Both the position numbers and the translations under genes were made by a program. Under the pieces are notes generated by a model. The model was not told the DNA's origin and made no database searches. It saw only the letters and a list, made by a program, of their open reading frames with translations. This document shows positions 40,605 through 51,349 of a stretch of 64,000 nucleotides of DNA, one piece after another. The DNA comes from Promethearchaeota archaeon (lineage in GTDB: Archaea; Asgardarchaeota; Lokiarchaeia; Sigyniarchaeales; SOKP01). Location of the stretch: the NCBI GenBank assembly GCA_019058445.1, contig JAHPZA010000001.1, positions 1-64,000 of the forward strand, given 5' to 3'. Each line of letters begins with the position of its first letter. Position 1 is the first letter of the stretch.

Positions 40605-42226
40605 TATAAATTCTTAGAAACAAAAGGTCCGTCTGGTGTATAGCCGAGAGAATAAAACCAATCTTTAGCTCCAATTCCACTTATGACAGCTAATTTGTGT
40701 GCGTCAAAATCTTCGCTTGATATTTTTTCTGCATTTTCCATTAATAATTTGCCATAACCTCTGTGCTGGATTTGAGTGAATCTATTAGGCTTTAAATCTT
40801 TAGGAACTAATTCTCCAACAACTTTAATTTCTCTGATGATCAAGGTTTTTCCATCATTTAATTCCTGTCTATGAGCAAAATCAGAAGGTTTTCTTAAGCG
40901 TAAATACCCCACTAAATAATGTTCTTTTTTATTTTCAAAGGATAAAAAGATCTCATTTCCTTGAGACGCCTCATAATCCTGGCGATATAATTGAATCTCA
41001 TCAAAAGAATGCTCACTTACGGGACTTTTTCTGTTGCTTATTCCATATTCGCGGCATCTAATACAATTACATGATTCATTCGTTATTTTCAACTTTTCTT
41101 GTACAAGTTGTCTTAAATTACTATTTTTACAACCTGCTTCAATCAAATAAGCTGGTATATCCCTCATTATTCTTTGAATTCTCACATAAGAGGGGAGATT
41201 CTTTTTCGCATTTGCTATTAGATCTATTAAATCTTCAGTGGAATAAGGAGTATACTTTCCTTGAATCCACCAGTCATACAATTCCGTTCCCTTAATTACT
41301 AAGCAAGGGTAGATTTTTAACATATCGGGTCGATAATCAGGATTTTCAAATAGAGAAGTGAACAAGTTAACATCCTTTACATAGCTAGAGCCGGGCAAGT
41401 TTGGCATGATATGAGCGTTAATCTTTAATCCAGCATCCTTGGCAATTCTTATTGCCTCGATACTATCAGAGGTTAAATGACCTCGCTTAACTAACTCATA
41501 TATCTCATTATATATAGTTTGAACCCCAATCTCCACGCGAGTTGTGCCATAATCGAGCATCCTATCTATATGAAATTCTTTGCAGTAATCTGGACGTGTT
41601 TCAATCGTTATTCCGATAACTCTTATCTTAGATTTCTCAGCAAAATGTTTTGCTTCTTCTAAAGTATTAACTCTTCTTTCAATAATTCCTTCCAAGGCTC
41701 CTTTAACGAATTCTTTTTGATAGTTTGGATCGGTTGATAAGAATGTACCACCCATGATAATAAGTTCTATTTTGTCGACAGTATGTCCAATGGCTTTTAA
41801 ATCAGTGATTCTACTTTGAACTTGTTCATAGGGATCATAATTGTTATGGATAGAACGTAGTGCCGCTGGTTCACGACCTGTATATGACTGTGCTACATTC
41901 TCTCCGGGTTGAGAAGATTCTCCTGGACAATAGATGCAAGTACCAGGACATGGGAGAGGTTTTGTCATTATAGCTACAACAGAAACACCAGATAAAGTTC
42001 TCGTGGATCTTCTTCTTAGAAGTTTTGTAATAACTTGTTTTTCACTTTCAGTCGCAAAATCTAATATGGTAGCATTCTTAATTACTTTTTTATAATTATA
42101 TTTTTTTCCAATCTGACCCTTTATGTTGGTAATTTTCTGTCGTGAAGTCTTAGGATATTTCATTAAGTATTCGATGATTTCTCTTGAGATTTTCTTTCGT
42201 AATTCAAAATCAGTGGCTTCATTCAT
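40604..42226 (-). CDS. elp3: Elongator-type tRNA U34 carboxymethyltransferase Elp3 (radical SAM + KAT)
   Basis: RTLSGV..VA.M..P..CP..C.YCP, QSYTG.EPA, ETRPD, KIYPCLV..GT, QH.G.G, ISG.G. ATG at 42226 is the likely start. Confidence 0.95.
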   Translation of the reverse strand: MNEATDFELRKKISREIIEYLMKYPKTSRQKITNIKGQIGKKYNYKKVIKNATILDFATESEKQVITKLLRRRSTRTLSGVSVVAIMTKPLPCPGTCIYCPGESSQPGENVAQSYTGREPAALRSIHNNYDPYEQVQSRITDLKAIGHTVDKIELIIMGGTFLSTDPNYQKEFVKGALEGIIERRVNTLEEAKHFAEKSKIRVIGITIETRPDYCKEFHIDRMLDYGTTRVEIGVQTIYNEIYELVKRGHLTSDSIEAIRIAKDAGLKINAHIMPNLPGSSYVKDVNLFTSLFENPDYRPDMLKIYPCLVIKGTELYDWWIQGKYTPYSTEDLIDLIANAKKNLPSYVRIQRIMRDIPAYLIEAGCKNSNLRQLVQEKLKITNESCNCIRCREYGISNRKSPVSEHSFDEIQLYRQDYEASQGNEIFLSFENKKEHYLVGYLRLRKPSDFAHRQELNDGKTLIIREIKVVGELVPKDLKPNRFTQIQHRGYGKLLMENAEKISSEDFDAHKLAVISGIGAKDWFYSLGYTPDGPFVSKNL

Positions 42227-42387
42227 TTTAGAATTGTTAACGAAAATAAAGTTAGGGCTAATAATTTGTATTGTATTTATATTTATATACTTTATAACGT
42301 AAATATTTTGGGATTTCAATCAAAATAGCTTAGATTTCATAGTATTAAAGGAAAAAATAAAAAAATGAGATTAAATTGTTAAATAGA

Positions 42388-43692
42388 TTAAATTTTTTCT
42401 ACTACAGTTGCGATACCTACGCCTCCCCCTCCGCACATCATTTGGAGGCCATATCGTTTATTGTAGTTATTTAGATAATGAATCATCTCAGTGAAATAAA
42501 TAACCCCTGAGGCACCAATAGGATGTCCGATGGCAATCGCACCTCCAGTGGGATTTTGCCTTGGATCATCAAATTCATAACCAAGATCTTTACAAAACGC
42601 GAGACATGGAGACGCAAAGGCCTCATTTGGTTCTATAACATCAAGATCATCAATGGTTATATCGGCACGTTTTAAGGCTTTTCTACTTGCTGGTATAGGA
42701 GCAGTTAACATAATCGTTACCTCATCTCCCGCAACAGCAGTGGATACTATTCGCGCCAATGGTTTTAATCCTAAAGACTCTGCTTTTTCTTCAGACATTA
42801 ATAACGTCGCAGCAGCTCCATCAACTATTTGCGATGAATTCCCTGCTGTAACCCTTCCATTCTTTTTACGGAATACAGGTTTCAGGGAACTTAACATTTG
42901 CCAAGCTTTATCAGGTTCATCTAAGTAGGCGGGTCGCACAGTTTGATCTTTTGTCACTGTAACCATTTCTTGTTTTTGTTTGCCCGTCTCCTCATCTTTG
43001 ATGGGTTTCATAGTTTCGTCAGTGTATTTCTTCAAGTAAGATACTGGAACAACTCGTTTATAATATTCATCCTCTTTTCGCATTGCTTGCGTTGCTTTCA
43101 CGTGGGACCACGCACCAAATCTATCTAAGTTTTCACGGTTAAATCCATAACGGTCGCAAATCATCTCAGCAGATACTCCTTGCGGTACAAAAATCTTCAT
43201 GAATTCTTGCATTTTATCAGACCAAATAACAGGATAATTTTTTATTTGAGTAACGATTTGAAAAGTAATTCCCATGCTATAATGAGTCATATTCTCTACT
43301 CCTGCCGCAATCATCATGTCGCCATCCCCCACTTTTATTGCATTTGCACATGTATTTATCGCTTGAAGCCCTGCATTACAATATCTATCAACAGTTGCTC
43401 CTGCAATTTCTATGGGCAAACCAGCCATTATAACTGCTACCCTCCCGATATTACCTCCTTGCTCACCTATTTGCGATAAACATCCCACATGACAATCTTC
43501 GATTTCACTTGGATCGAAGTCTGGACATTTTTCTTTGGTCCTTTCCATTAGTTTTTGTAGTACTGTTATTAATAGATCCTGAGCCGAACATTCTCTGAAT
43601 GCTCCACCTAGTTTTTTCATCTGAGCTCTACTAGATTTTCCCACTGGTGTTCTAATGGCATCAACTACAACACATTCTTTTAATTCTCTCAT
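42388..43692 (-). CDS. Thiolase (acetyl-CoA C-acyltransferase)
   Basis: RTP.G, R.CNAG catalytic Cys, TAGNSSQ..DGA, NEAFA, GHP.GASG, CGGGG. Confidence 0.93.
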   Translation of the reverse strand: MRELKECVVVDAIRTPVGKSSRAQMKKLGGAFRECSAQDLLITVLQKLMERTKEKCPDFDPSEIEDCHVGCLSQIGEQGGNIGRVAVIMAGLPIEIAGATVDRYCNAGLQAINTCANAIKVGDGDMMIAAGVENMTHYSMGITFQIVTQIKNYPVIWSDKMQEFMKIFVPQGVSAEMICDRYGFNRENLDRFGAWSHVKATQAMRKEDEYYKRVVPVSYLKKYTDETMKPIKDEETGKQKQEMVTVTKDQTVRPAYLDEPDKAWQMLSSLKPVFRKKNGRVTAGNSSQIVDGAAATLLMSEEKAESLGLKPLARIVSTAVAGDEVTIMLTAPIPASRKALKRADITIDDLDVIEPNEAFASPCLAFCKDLGYEFDDPRQNPTGGAIAIGHPIGASGVIYFTEMIHYLNNYNKRYGLQMMCGGGGVGIATVVEKI

Positions 43693-43791
43693 TTAAATCA
43701 TCATTAATTTTCAGATTTTTAATTAACCTCTAATTTTAAAAAAGATTTCAAAAAATTGTTAATTATTATATCTGCATTGGATATTAATAAA

Positions 43792-44664
43792 TTATTTTGT
43801 AAAATCAACTAATTCATCCATATTAATATTCAAATTTTTTAAAAGGCTTTCTGCCTCACTTATCATATGATTAATCAGTTCCTCTACAGAAATGAAATGG
43901 TCAATATTCGGAATTGCCATAGACATATCGGTATATTGCGGTCTGTTGGACTTAAAATGTAAGACTTTTTCAATGAATTCAGGATCAAAACAATTAGTGT
44001 TAATAATTTGCTTTTTCCACATTTCAGGAATTGGACTTTCAATGGTTGGGAGAAATGCTGTACACATGTGGACTGCTTGTGCTCCTAAGATCAGAGCCGC
44101 CAACATTCCTTTTCCATCACATATCCCTCCAGAGGCAATAATTGGTTTTTTTAAAAATTTATTTATATTAACCATATTTATTAAAAATGTGTTTTGTTGA
44201 GGATTTTTCAACCCACCTCCCTCAAGTCCGGTTAAGATAATTGCATCAGTCTTCATTTTTTCTGCAGAAATAGCATGTCGCATTGTAGTGGCCTTATGAA
44301 TCCATACCATATCTTTTTCTTTAATTCTATTTCCTAAGTCTTCAGCTTTGAAAGCAGCGGTTATTATGGTCTTTATCCCTTCTTCTTTTGCTATCTTTAA
44401 ATATCTATAATAAGGATGTCCTGGTTTCACTTTGGTATCAACAGAGAAATTAATCCCGAATGGATTATTTGTAATATTCTTTACATAATGAATTGCACTT
44501 CTAAATTCATTTTCCGTTTCATACGAAGATGCGGTGAGAACACCAACTCCTCCTGCTTTACTTATTGCTGCAGTCAATTCCTTATTATCATAGCCAGCAA
44601 AAGCACCTAGGATAATGGGATATTGGCAGCCAATCATTTCAGTTATTTTTGTTTTCCATCTCAA
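43792..44664 (-). CDS. Nitronate monooxygenase / FabK-like flavoenzyme
   Basis: YPII.G, PFGIN, G.EGGG, ASGGI.DG.G..AA..LGA. Confidence 0.85.
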   Translation of the reverse strand: MRWKTKITEMIGCQYPIILGAFAGYDNKELTAAISKAGGVGVLTASSYETENEFRSAIHYVKNITNNPFGINFSVDTKVKPGHPYYRYLKIAKEEGIKTIITAAFKAEDLGNRIKEKDMVWIHKATTMRHAISAEKMKTDAIILTGLEGGGLKNPQQNTFLINMVNINKFLKKPIIASGGICDGKGMLAALILGAQAVHMCTAFLPTIESPIPEMWKKQIINTNCFDPEFIEKVLHFKSNRPQYTDMSMAIPNIDHFISVEELINHMISEAESLLKNLNINMDELVDFTK

Positions 44665-44783
44665 TTATAACACGTCAAGTTTTTAAAAGTCAAAAAATTA
44701 AAACTTAGTTATACTTAGTTTTATCTTAATTCCCATTAAATGAAAGTTAAAAATAAAATTATTTGAAAATATATTTTCTAGAA

Positions 44784-45428
44784 ATGAAGTTAATATTTTG
44801 TGATATAAATGAACAAATGATTGAAGCTTGGAACAAATATTTTACTCAAGATTCCAATATCGAGATATATCATGGTTCTATTTTTTCTCTACATACGGAT
44901 GCGATTGTAAGTCCCGCAAATTCGTTTGGTTTCATGGATGGGGGTTTAGATCTCCAAATTTCGAGGTTTTTTGGATGGCATGTACAAGAACGCCTTCAAG
45001 AACTTATAAAACATAAGCATCATGGAGAATTACTAGTGGGAAATGCTGAAATTGTTCAAACTGACCATGATATAATCCCATTTGTTATTTCAGCCCCCAC
45101 AATGCGAGTTCCGATGATCCTAAAAAATTCAGTAAATGTTTATTTAGCTACAAGAGCATTATTGATGTTAGTAAGATATGGAGAATTTCCAAATGGTAAA
45201 TTAATCAGAGATTCTGTAAAAAAAATTGCGATTCCTGGTATGGGAACTGGAGTAGGCCGTGTAACTTTTGAGATTTGTGCCCTACAAATGAAAAAAGCAG
45301 TGGATGATTTTTATTATGAAAAATTAAAATTCCCAGGTTCTTGGTATGAAGCTCAGAAGAATCATCAGTTACTATATTCGAAAATTACCACTGATCTACA
45401 AATTGATAATAAAAACGAGCAGATTTGA
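44784..45428 (+). CDS. Macro domain (ADP-ribose-processing) protein
   Basis: DAIVSPANSFGFMDGGLD, APTMRVP, PGMGTGVG. ATG at 44784 preferred. Confidence 0.9.
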   Translation: MKLIFCDINEQMIEAWNKYFTQDSNIEIYHGSIFSLHTDAIVSPANSFGFMDGGLDLQISRFFGWHVQERLQELIKHKHHGELLVGNAEIVQTDHDIIPFVISAPTMRVPMILKNSVNVYLATRALLMLVRYGEFPNGKLIRDSVKKIAIPGMGTGVGRVTFEICALQMKKAVDDFYYEKLKFPGSWYEAQKNHQLLYSKITTDLQIDNKNEQI

Positions 45429-45447
45429 AAAGAATATAAGGAAATAA

Positions 45448-46302
45448 TTACTCAACAGGGATTTTTTTGCCCGAAAAATCACGTTTATGCTTGCCAAAAT
45501 CTTCAATTTTGCTAAGGGTTAATGAATCAAAAACAGGTCCATCCTTACAAACTAGTAATCCTAGTGGATCCATGGCGCAGAGCCCACATATTCCGCAACC
45601 ACATCTCATAATTCTTTCAAGACTCGCATACAATTCAATATTGTGTTTTTCACATATTTGAAATAGTTTATATAACATGAGTTCTGGACCACAGGCATAT
45701 ACAATTAGGTTAGAGATATCATTTTTATTATAATCCTTTATTATGTTTTCAAATATATCCGAAGCAAATCCTTTTACTCCATAACTCCCATCATCAGTAC
45801 AATAATGAAATTGAGAAATTTCCTCGTTATAGATTTGAAACTCATCCATATATATTAAATCGCTCTCTATTTTAGCCCCCTCGATAACGGTAAAGTTAAA
45901 TCTTCTATTTATCAGTTCAGTTGAGAGAGCTTTTAACGCAGCCATTCCAATCCCACCTCCGATCAAGAAGATTTGCTTAGAATTATCCTCCGGAAGTTTA
46001 AAATAAGTACCTAAGGGACCTCTCACCCCAATATAATCTCCAATTTTTAAATTATGAAGGGCATTTGTGCATTCACCAATATTTTTTACCGTAATAGACC
46101 AGTTTCCGTCTTCACCGTATCCAGATATTGACATGGGAATCTCATCCACTCCCGGAACCCATATCATCACAAATTGACCCGGTTTAGGATGAATATATTT
46201 GTTAGGGTTGTTTTCTTTCATATTAAAAATAATGGTCTTAACTCCATGGCATTCATTAATTATTCGTTTGATACTTACAGTTCTTATGGTATTTTCAGTC
46301 AA
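45448..46302 (-). CDS. pyrK: Dihydroorotate dehydrogenase electron transfer subunit
   Basis: PGQFVMIW, GPLG, GGGIG, TDDGS, CGPE, CGCGICGLC...CKDGPVF. Confidence 0.93.
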   Translation of the reverse strand: MTENTIRTVSIKRIINECHGVKTIIFNMKENNPNKYIHPKPGQFVMIWVPGVDEIPMSISGYGEDGNWSITVKNIGECTNALHNLKIGDYIGVRGPLGTYFKLPEDNSKQIFLIGGGIGMAALKALSTELINRRFNFTVIEGAKIESDLIYMDEFQIYNEEISQFHYCTDDGSYGVKGFASDIFENIIKDYNKNDISNLIVYACGPELMLYKLFQICEKHNIELYASLERIMRCGCGICGLCAMDPLGLLVCKDGPVFDSLTLSKIEDFGKHKRDFSGKKIPVE

Positions 46303-47221
46303 AATCTGGCACCTCTTGAGTTTTAAACTGATGAGCTAATCCTTTTATCTCGTTAATTGATGTAAATTCGTGTTCTTTAAGATACGTAATTAATCCTTTA
46401 TTAATTTCGCTAATTACTTCTAATCGCTTATATAATGCGGTACCTATCTGTACTGCTGAAGCTCCAGCTAAAAGAAATTCAACTACATCTTCCCAGGAGT
46501 CAATACCTCCACACCCAATAATGGGGATTTTTAAGCATTTAAACAGATCATACACTTTTTTGATGGCGATTGGATGAATAGCCTTTCCCGAAAGCCCTCC
46601 ACTACCATGAGATAAAACTGGTCTTTTAGTATTCACGTCTATTTTCATTGCTGCTAAGGTATTTATAGCAACAACAGCATCGGCACCACCTTTTTCAGCG
46701 GCTAAAGCTATTTCATTTAAATTTGTAACATTAGGGTTCAATTTTACAAAGACAGGAACAGAAATATTCTCTTTTAGATACTTTACGATATGATATGTTA
46801 AATTTTTATCAATCCCAATAGAAGAGACTTCAGCATGAGGGCAGGAGATATTTATTTCAATTGCATCCGCCCCAGCTTTTTCGGCTTTTTTAGCTACGTC
46901 TAGATAAATCTCATTAGTGTCTCCGAATACGCTCACTATAAGCGGGATATGTTGTTCCTTTATTTTTCTTATTTCTGATACAAATTCATCAATTCCAGGA
47001 TTTCCTAATCCAACGCTATTCATAAAAGTTCCGGGATATACTTCGATTATTGAAGGATTTTTATATCCTATTCGTGCTTTTGGGCCGATAGATTTGGTAG
47101 TTACCGCACCGGCACCGGCATTGATAACTCTCATCATCGAAGAATAAGATACTCCAAGAATACCCGAGGCTAAAATAATTGGAGATTTTAGGTTTAAACC
47201 AGAAATATTTGTTTCTAGCAT
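46295..47221 (-). CDS. pyrD: Dihydroorotate dehydrogenase class 1B catalytic subunit
   Basis: LASG, TKS, N.VGL.NPG, NISCP, KL.PN, INT, GGLSG, GGI. Confidence 0.95.
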   Translation of the reverse strand: MLETNISGLNLKSPIILASGILGVSYSSMMRVINAGAGAVTTKSIGPKARIGYKNPSIIEVYPGTFMNSVGLGNPGIDEFVSEIRKIKEQHIPLIVSVFGDTNEIYLDVAKKAEKAGADAIEINISCPHAEVSSIGIDKNLTYHIVKYLKENISVPVFVKLNPNVTNLNEIALAAEKGGADAVVAINTLAAMKIDVNTKRPVLSHGSGGLSGKAIHPIAIKKVYDLFKCLKIPIIGCGGIDSWEDVVEFLLAGASAVQIGTALYKRLEVISEINKGLITYLKEHEFTSINEIKGLAHQFKTQEVPDFD

Positions 47222-47307
47222 TTTTTAAAAGAAAAAATTACTTTCTATCTTATAATTATTTTTATTGGAGAATATTTAAATTCTTAATAATTAATAGAAT
47301 TAGGAAA

Positions 47308-48531
47308 ATGAAATGTTTCATTGTTGATACCTTCATAGGAGTTTTTGCATTTGATGAGACCGGTAATATTTTAAATTTCATAGATTTTGATGGAAATACT
47401 CAAACGATAATAGAGTTCTATAACTCAATTGATTTAGGAATAATTGAGAAAGAATATGAACAATTTCTTGGAGAATTAAAAACTTCTGGGTTTGATGAAT
47501 TTAAATTTGATAATAAAGAATTAAGAGAGATTAGTACTGAAAAATTAGGATATCAAACTGTTTTGGAACCTTATTCTTTAGAATTTAAAAACTTTAGATT
47601 AGATTTAGAAAATCAACTGAAAAAAGTTGGATTATCTATTTCACGAGAAGAATTATTGGAAAAATATAAGATAATCAATGAGGAACTCATTAAAAAGAAA
47701 GTAAGTCAGCTTGGTGGACAAAGTGATAATATTATTATTCAAATCATAGAAACACTTGATATGCTTAAAAAATCACTTAGTTTATTTTCAACTCGTTTAA
47801 GAGAATGGTATGGACTATATTTTCCCGAGTTAACAGATAAGATTATTGAAGATAATATTCAAGTGGCGCATTTAGTAACCACTTTAGGTGAAAGAGAAAA
47901 TTACACAGTTGATAATATAAAGAAAAACTTTGAATTTAACGATCATTTAGTAAAAAGTTTAGCTACAAAAGCCTCTGAATCAATGGGTGCAAATTTTGAT
48001 CTAGGAATGGTACAAAATTATGCACATCAAATCTTATCATTAGATTCTTATAGGAATGAGTTAGAACATTATTTAGATGAGTTGATGGAAAAATCAGCAC
48101 CTAATCTTAATGCGATTGTGGGTAATCTAATAGGAGCCAAGCTTATTGCGAAAGCAGGAAGTTTAAAAAAGCTTGCTTATATGCCTGCTTCAAGGATTCA
48201 ATTACTAGGAGCTGAAAGAGCACTCTATAGATTTCTTAAAAGTGGAGAGAAGAGGCCTAAACATGGATTAATCTTTCAGTGGAGACAGATAAGGAGCAGT
48301 AAATTCCATCAAAGAGGTAAAATCGCTCGAGTAATAGCTGGGAAAATAGGTATTGCTTCAAAGGTGGATTATTTCGGGGGGGAATTTATAGGAGATGTTT
48401 TGGCAAAAGATATTGAAGAAAAAATAAAAGAAATTGAAATAAAATATCCAAAACCTCCAAAAAAAAAGAGTGAACCCGCAAAGCCAATCAGGAAGAGACC
48501 TCGAAAGAAAAAAAAAAGAGTTCAACAGTGA
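47308..48531 (+). CDS. nop5: Box C/D RNP protein Nop5 (Nop56/58)
   Basis: LREWYG.YFPEL, APNL, PAS.IQLLGAE.AL, PKHG.IFQ, RGKIAR, Lys-rich tail. ATG at 47308 preferred. Confidence 0.95.
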   Translation: MKCFIVDTFIGVFAFDETGNILNFIDFDGNTQTIIEFYNSIDLGIIEKEYEQFLGELKTSGFDEFKFDNKELREISTEKLGYQTVLEPYSLEFKNFRLDLENQLKKVGLSISREELLEKYKIINEELIKKKVSQLGGQSDNIIIQIIETLDMLKKSLSLFSTRLREWYGLYFPELTDKIIEDNIQVAHLVTTLGERENYTVDNIKKNFEFNDHLVKSLATKASESMGANFDLGMVQNYAHQILSLDSYRNELEHYLDELMEKSAPNLNAIVGNLIGAKLIAKAGSLKKLAYMPASRIQLLGAERALYRFLKSGEKRPKHGLIFQWRQIRSSKFHQRGKIARVIAGKIGIASKVDYFGGEFIGDVLAKDIEEKIKEIEIKYPKPPKKKSEPAKPIRKRPRKKKKRVQQ

Positions 48532-48667
48532 AATTGTATAAGATAAATGAGTTAATTTTACGCTGAAATTACGATTTAATAGGCTAAATTATAAAGTATA
48601 CTAAAAGCGTTTAGAAAAAAATAGCTTTGAAAAGAATTCAAATTATATTAGAGATTAGTATAGAATA

Positions 48668-49525
48668 ATGAACGTCCCATTAAACATTGACTTAAAAGGA
48701 AAAACTGCTGTTGTAACGGGTGGTGGAGGTATTCTTTGTGGATCTTTTTCAGAGGCACTTGGGAAATGTGGAGCTAAAGTTGCAGTGTTAGATTTACGCA
48801 AAGATGCGGCAGATAAAGTTGCCAATAAAATTAAGGCAAGTGGGGGAATTGCTATGGGGATTAAGGCAAATGTATTGCAACTTACGAGTTTATTAGAAGC
48901 TGAAAGGACAATTTCAGAAAAATTTGGTCCTTGTAATATTTTAATTAATGGTGCGGGGGGAAATCATCCCAAAGGCACAACTTCAAACGAGTTTTTAACT
49001 GTGGAAGATTTAGAACGTAAAGAAGAGGGATTCAAAACGTTTTTTGATTTGGATCTCGAGGGTTTTAAGTTTGTATTTGATCTAAATCTTATTGGTACTC
49101 TTCTACCAACTCAGGTTTTTGCTAAAAAAATGATACATCAAAAAAACGCAGTTATTATAAACATCTCTTCGATGAATGCCTTTTTGCCACTCACTAAAAT
49201 TCCAGCATATAGTGGAGCCAAGGCAGCAGTGAGTAATTTTACAAAATGGTTAGCTGTACATTTTTCAAGAGTAGGAATTCGTGTAAATGCGATTGCTCCA
49301 GGATTCTTTTTAACAGATCAGAACCGACATTTGCTTATTGAAGATGATGGATCATACACACTTCGAGCAGAAAAAATAATGAGTCAAACACCTATGCAGC
49401 GTTTTGGTAAACCCGAAGATTTACTGGGAACTCTTCTCTGGCTTGTTGATGATCATGCATCTGGTTTTGTAAATGGAATTGTAGTCCCTGTAGATGGTGG
49501 TTTTTCTGCATATTCAGGAGTATAG
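48668..49525 (+). CDS. uxuB: SDR oxidoreductase, D-mannonate oxidoreductase (UxuB/YjmF-type)
   Basis: TGGGG.L, INGAGGNHP, ISSM, PLTKIPAYSGAK, APGFF...QNR; adjacent to uxuA. Confidence 0.82.
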   Translation: MNVPLNIDLKGKTAVVTGGGGILCGSFSEALGKCGAKVAVLDLRKDAADKVANKIKASGGIAMGIKANVLQLTSLLEAERTISEKFGPCNILINGAGGNHPKGTTSNEFLTVEDLERKEEGFKTFFDLDLEGFKFVFDLNLIGTLLPTQVFAKKMIHQKNAVIINISSMNAFLPLTKIPAYSGAKAAVSNFTKWLAVHFSRVGIRVNAIAPGFFLTDQNRHLLIEDDGSYTLRAEKIMSQTPMQRFGKPEDLLGTLLWLVDDHASGFVNGIVVPVDGGFSAYSGV

Positions 49526-49578
49526 TTAGATGTATAAAGAAAGGATAAGATCTATACTTACAATAAGGTGATAAAGAT

Positions 49579-50631
49579 ATGATAATGACTTTCCGATGGT
49601 ATGGGGTTGATGATCCAATCCCTCTTAAGTATATAAGGCAGATTCCAAGAGTATCGGGGATTGTGTCTGCGTTATATGATGTTCCTATAGGTGATGTGTG
49701 GCCTCTGGAAAAGTTGAAATTGCTCCAAAAGAATATTGAAGCTGCCGGATTAAAGTTGTCTGTAATTGAGAGTATACCTGTCCATGAAGATATTAAATTA
49801 GGACGTAGTAATAGAGATGAATTGATTGAAAATTATTGTCAAAGTATTCGAAATATGGGCTCTCTTGGTATAGAAATACTCTGTTATAATTTCATGCCGG
49901 TATTTGATTGGACTCGAACCGATTTAGCAATGGAGCATTCTGATGGATCAACATGTCTTTGTTATAATCAAGAAGAGTTAAAGAAAATAGATTTAAGAAA
50001 AGATTCTTTAGAACTTCCAGGGTGGGCAACGAATTATACGAAAAAAGAATTAGAGGTTCTTTTAGATGCATATCTTGAAGTTGATGATGATGCGCTATGG
50101 GCAAACTTAGAATATTTCTTAAAAAGAGTAATTCCTGTTGCTGAAGAATCTGGTGTTAAAATGGGTATTCATCCAGACGATCCCCCATGGTCTATCTTCA
50201 ATCTTCCCCGCATAATAACTGACGAAGCTGCGTTAGATCGTTTTATTCACATTGTAGAAAGTTCATCAAATGGAATAACGTTTTGTACGGGTTCGTTTGG
50301 TCCAAATTCAAAAATGGATTTAGTGAAATGTATTCGTAAATATGGTGCGATGGGGCGGATTCCGTTTACACATTTACGAAATATAAAGCGCACGGGGGAA
50401 TATAGTTTTCATGAAGTTGAGCATCCGACCGAGTTTGGTGATATCAACATGTATGAAGTTATAAAAGCGTATATAGAGATAGGATTCACTGGAGCTATAC
50501 GTCCAGATCATGGAAGAATGATCTGGGATGAAAAGGGTCGTCCGGGATATGGATTATATGATCGGGCATTAGGAGTAATGTATTTAACAGGTCTCTGGGA
50601 GGGAATTCAAAAGACCCTTCAAAATAAATAA
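49579..50631 (+). CDS. uxuA: Mannonate dehydratase
   Basis: FRWYG, ESIPVHEDIK, CYNFMPVFDWTRT, HPDDPP, H.RN, RPDHG, PGYGLYDRALG. Confidence 0.95.
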   Translation: MIMTFRWYGVDDPIPLKYIRQIPRVSGIVSALYDVPIGDVWPLEKLKLLQKNIEAAGLKLSVIESIPVHEDIKLGRSNRDELIENYCQSIRNMGSLGIEILCYNFMPVFDWTRTDLAMEHSDGSTCLCYNQEELKKIDLRKDSLELPGWATNYTKKELEVLLDAYLEVDDDALWANLEYFLKRVIPVAEESGVKMGIHPDDPPWSIFNLPRIITDEAALDRFIHIVESSSNGITFCTGSFGPNSKMDLVKCIRKYGAMGRIPFTHLRNIKRTGEYSFHEVEHPTEFGDINMYEVIKAYIEIGFTGAIRPDHGRMIWDEKGRPGYGLYDRALGVMYLTGLWEGIQKTLQNK

Positions 50632-50653
50632 ATAATAAATTGAGGTAATAAAG

Positions 50654-51349
50654 TTGAGTAAACTAGAAATTAGGAAGCACCCAAAACTTTTTGAAGTGTA
50701 TGTTTCAGGGCCGTCGGATAATCTAAGATTGTATTCAAAAAATTTGATACCCGGACATAAAGTCTATAGTGAAAGGTTAATTGACTATAAAGGGATTGAA
50801 TATAGAGAGTGGGATCCTTATAGAAGTAAATTAGCTGCTTTAATTCTGGAAAATCCCATGAGCAATTTTCTATCAAATACTCTAAATTGCCTCTATTTAG
50901 GGGCGTCATCAGGAACTACAATTTCTCACCTTTCTGATATTGTTAAGGATGGAATAATTTATGGAATTGAATTTGCAGAACGGAGCATACGGCAATTAAT
51001 TCAAAACACTTCTAATAGGAAAAATATCATACCTATATTAGGAGATGTGAGGTATCCTGCAAGTTATGCGAAATCAATTTTTAATGAAATAGATTTGATT
51101 TATCAAGATGTAGCACAGCCTAACCAAGCGGAAATTGCTGTATTAAATTCTGATTATTATCTTAAAAAAGATGGATTAATCATATTAGCTATAAAGTCTC
51201 AATCAATAGATAGTGTTTCAAAATCACAAGAAATTTATAAGAGAGAAAAGGAGATACTTGAAAATGCGGATTATGAAATTTTAGAAAGCATTAATATCCA
51301 TAAATATGCAGCTAATCATATCGTTTTAATAGTCAAAAAGGAAAATTAA
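50654..51349 (+). CDS. flpA: Fibrillarin-like rRNA/tRNA 2'-O-methyltransferase
   Basis: VYSER, YREWDPYRSKLAA, LYLGASSGTT.SH.SD, YQDVAQPNQ. Confidence 0.95.
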   Translation: MSKLEIRKHPKLFEVYVSGPSDNLRLYSKNLIPGHKVYSERLIDYKGIEYREWDPYRSKLAALILENPMSNFLSNTLNCLYLGASSGTTISHLSDIVKDGIIYGIEFAERSIRQLIQNTSNRKNIIPILGDVRYPASYAKSIFNEIDLIYQDVAQPNQAEIAVLNSDYYLKKDGLIILAIKSQSIDSVSKSQEIYKREKEILENADYEILESINIHKYAANHIVLIVKKEN

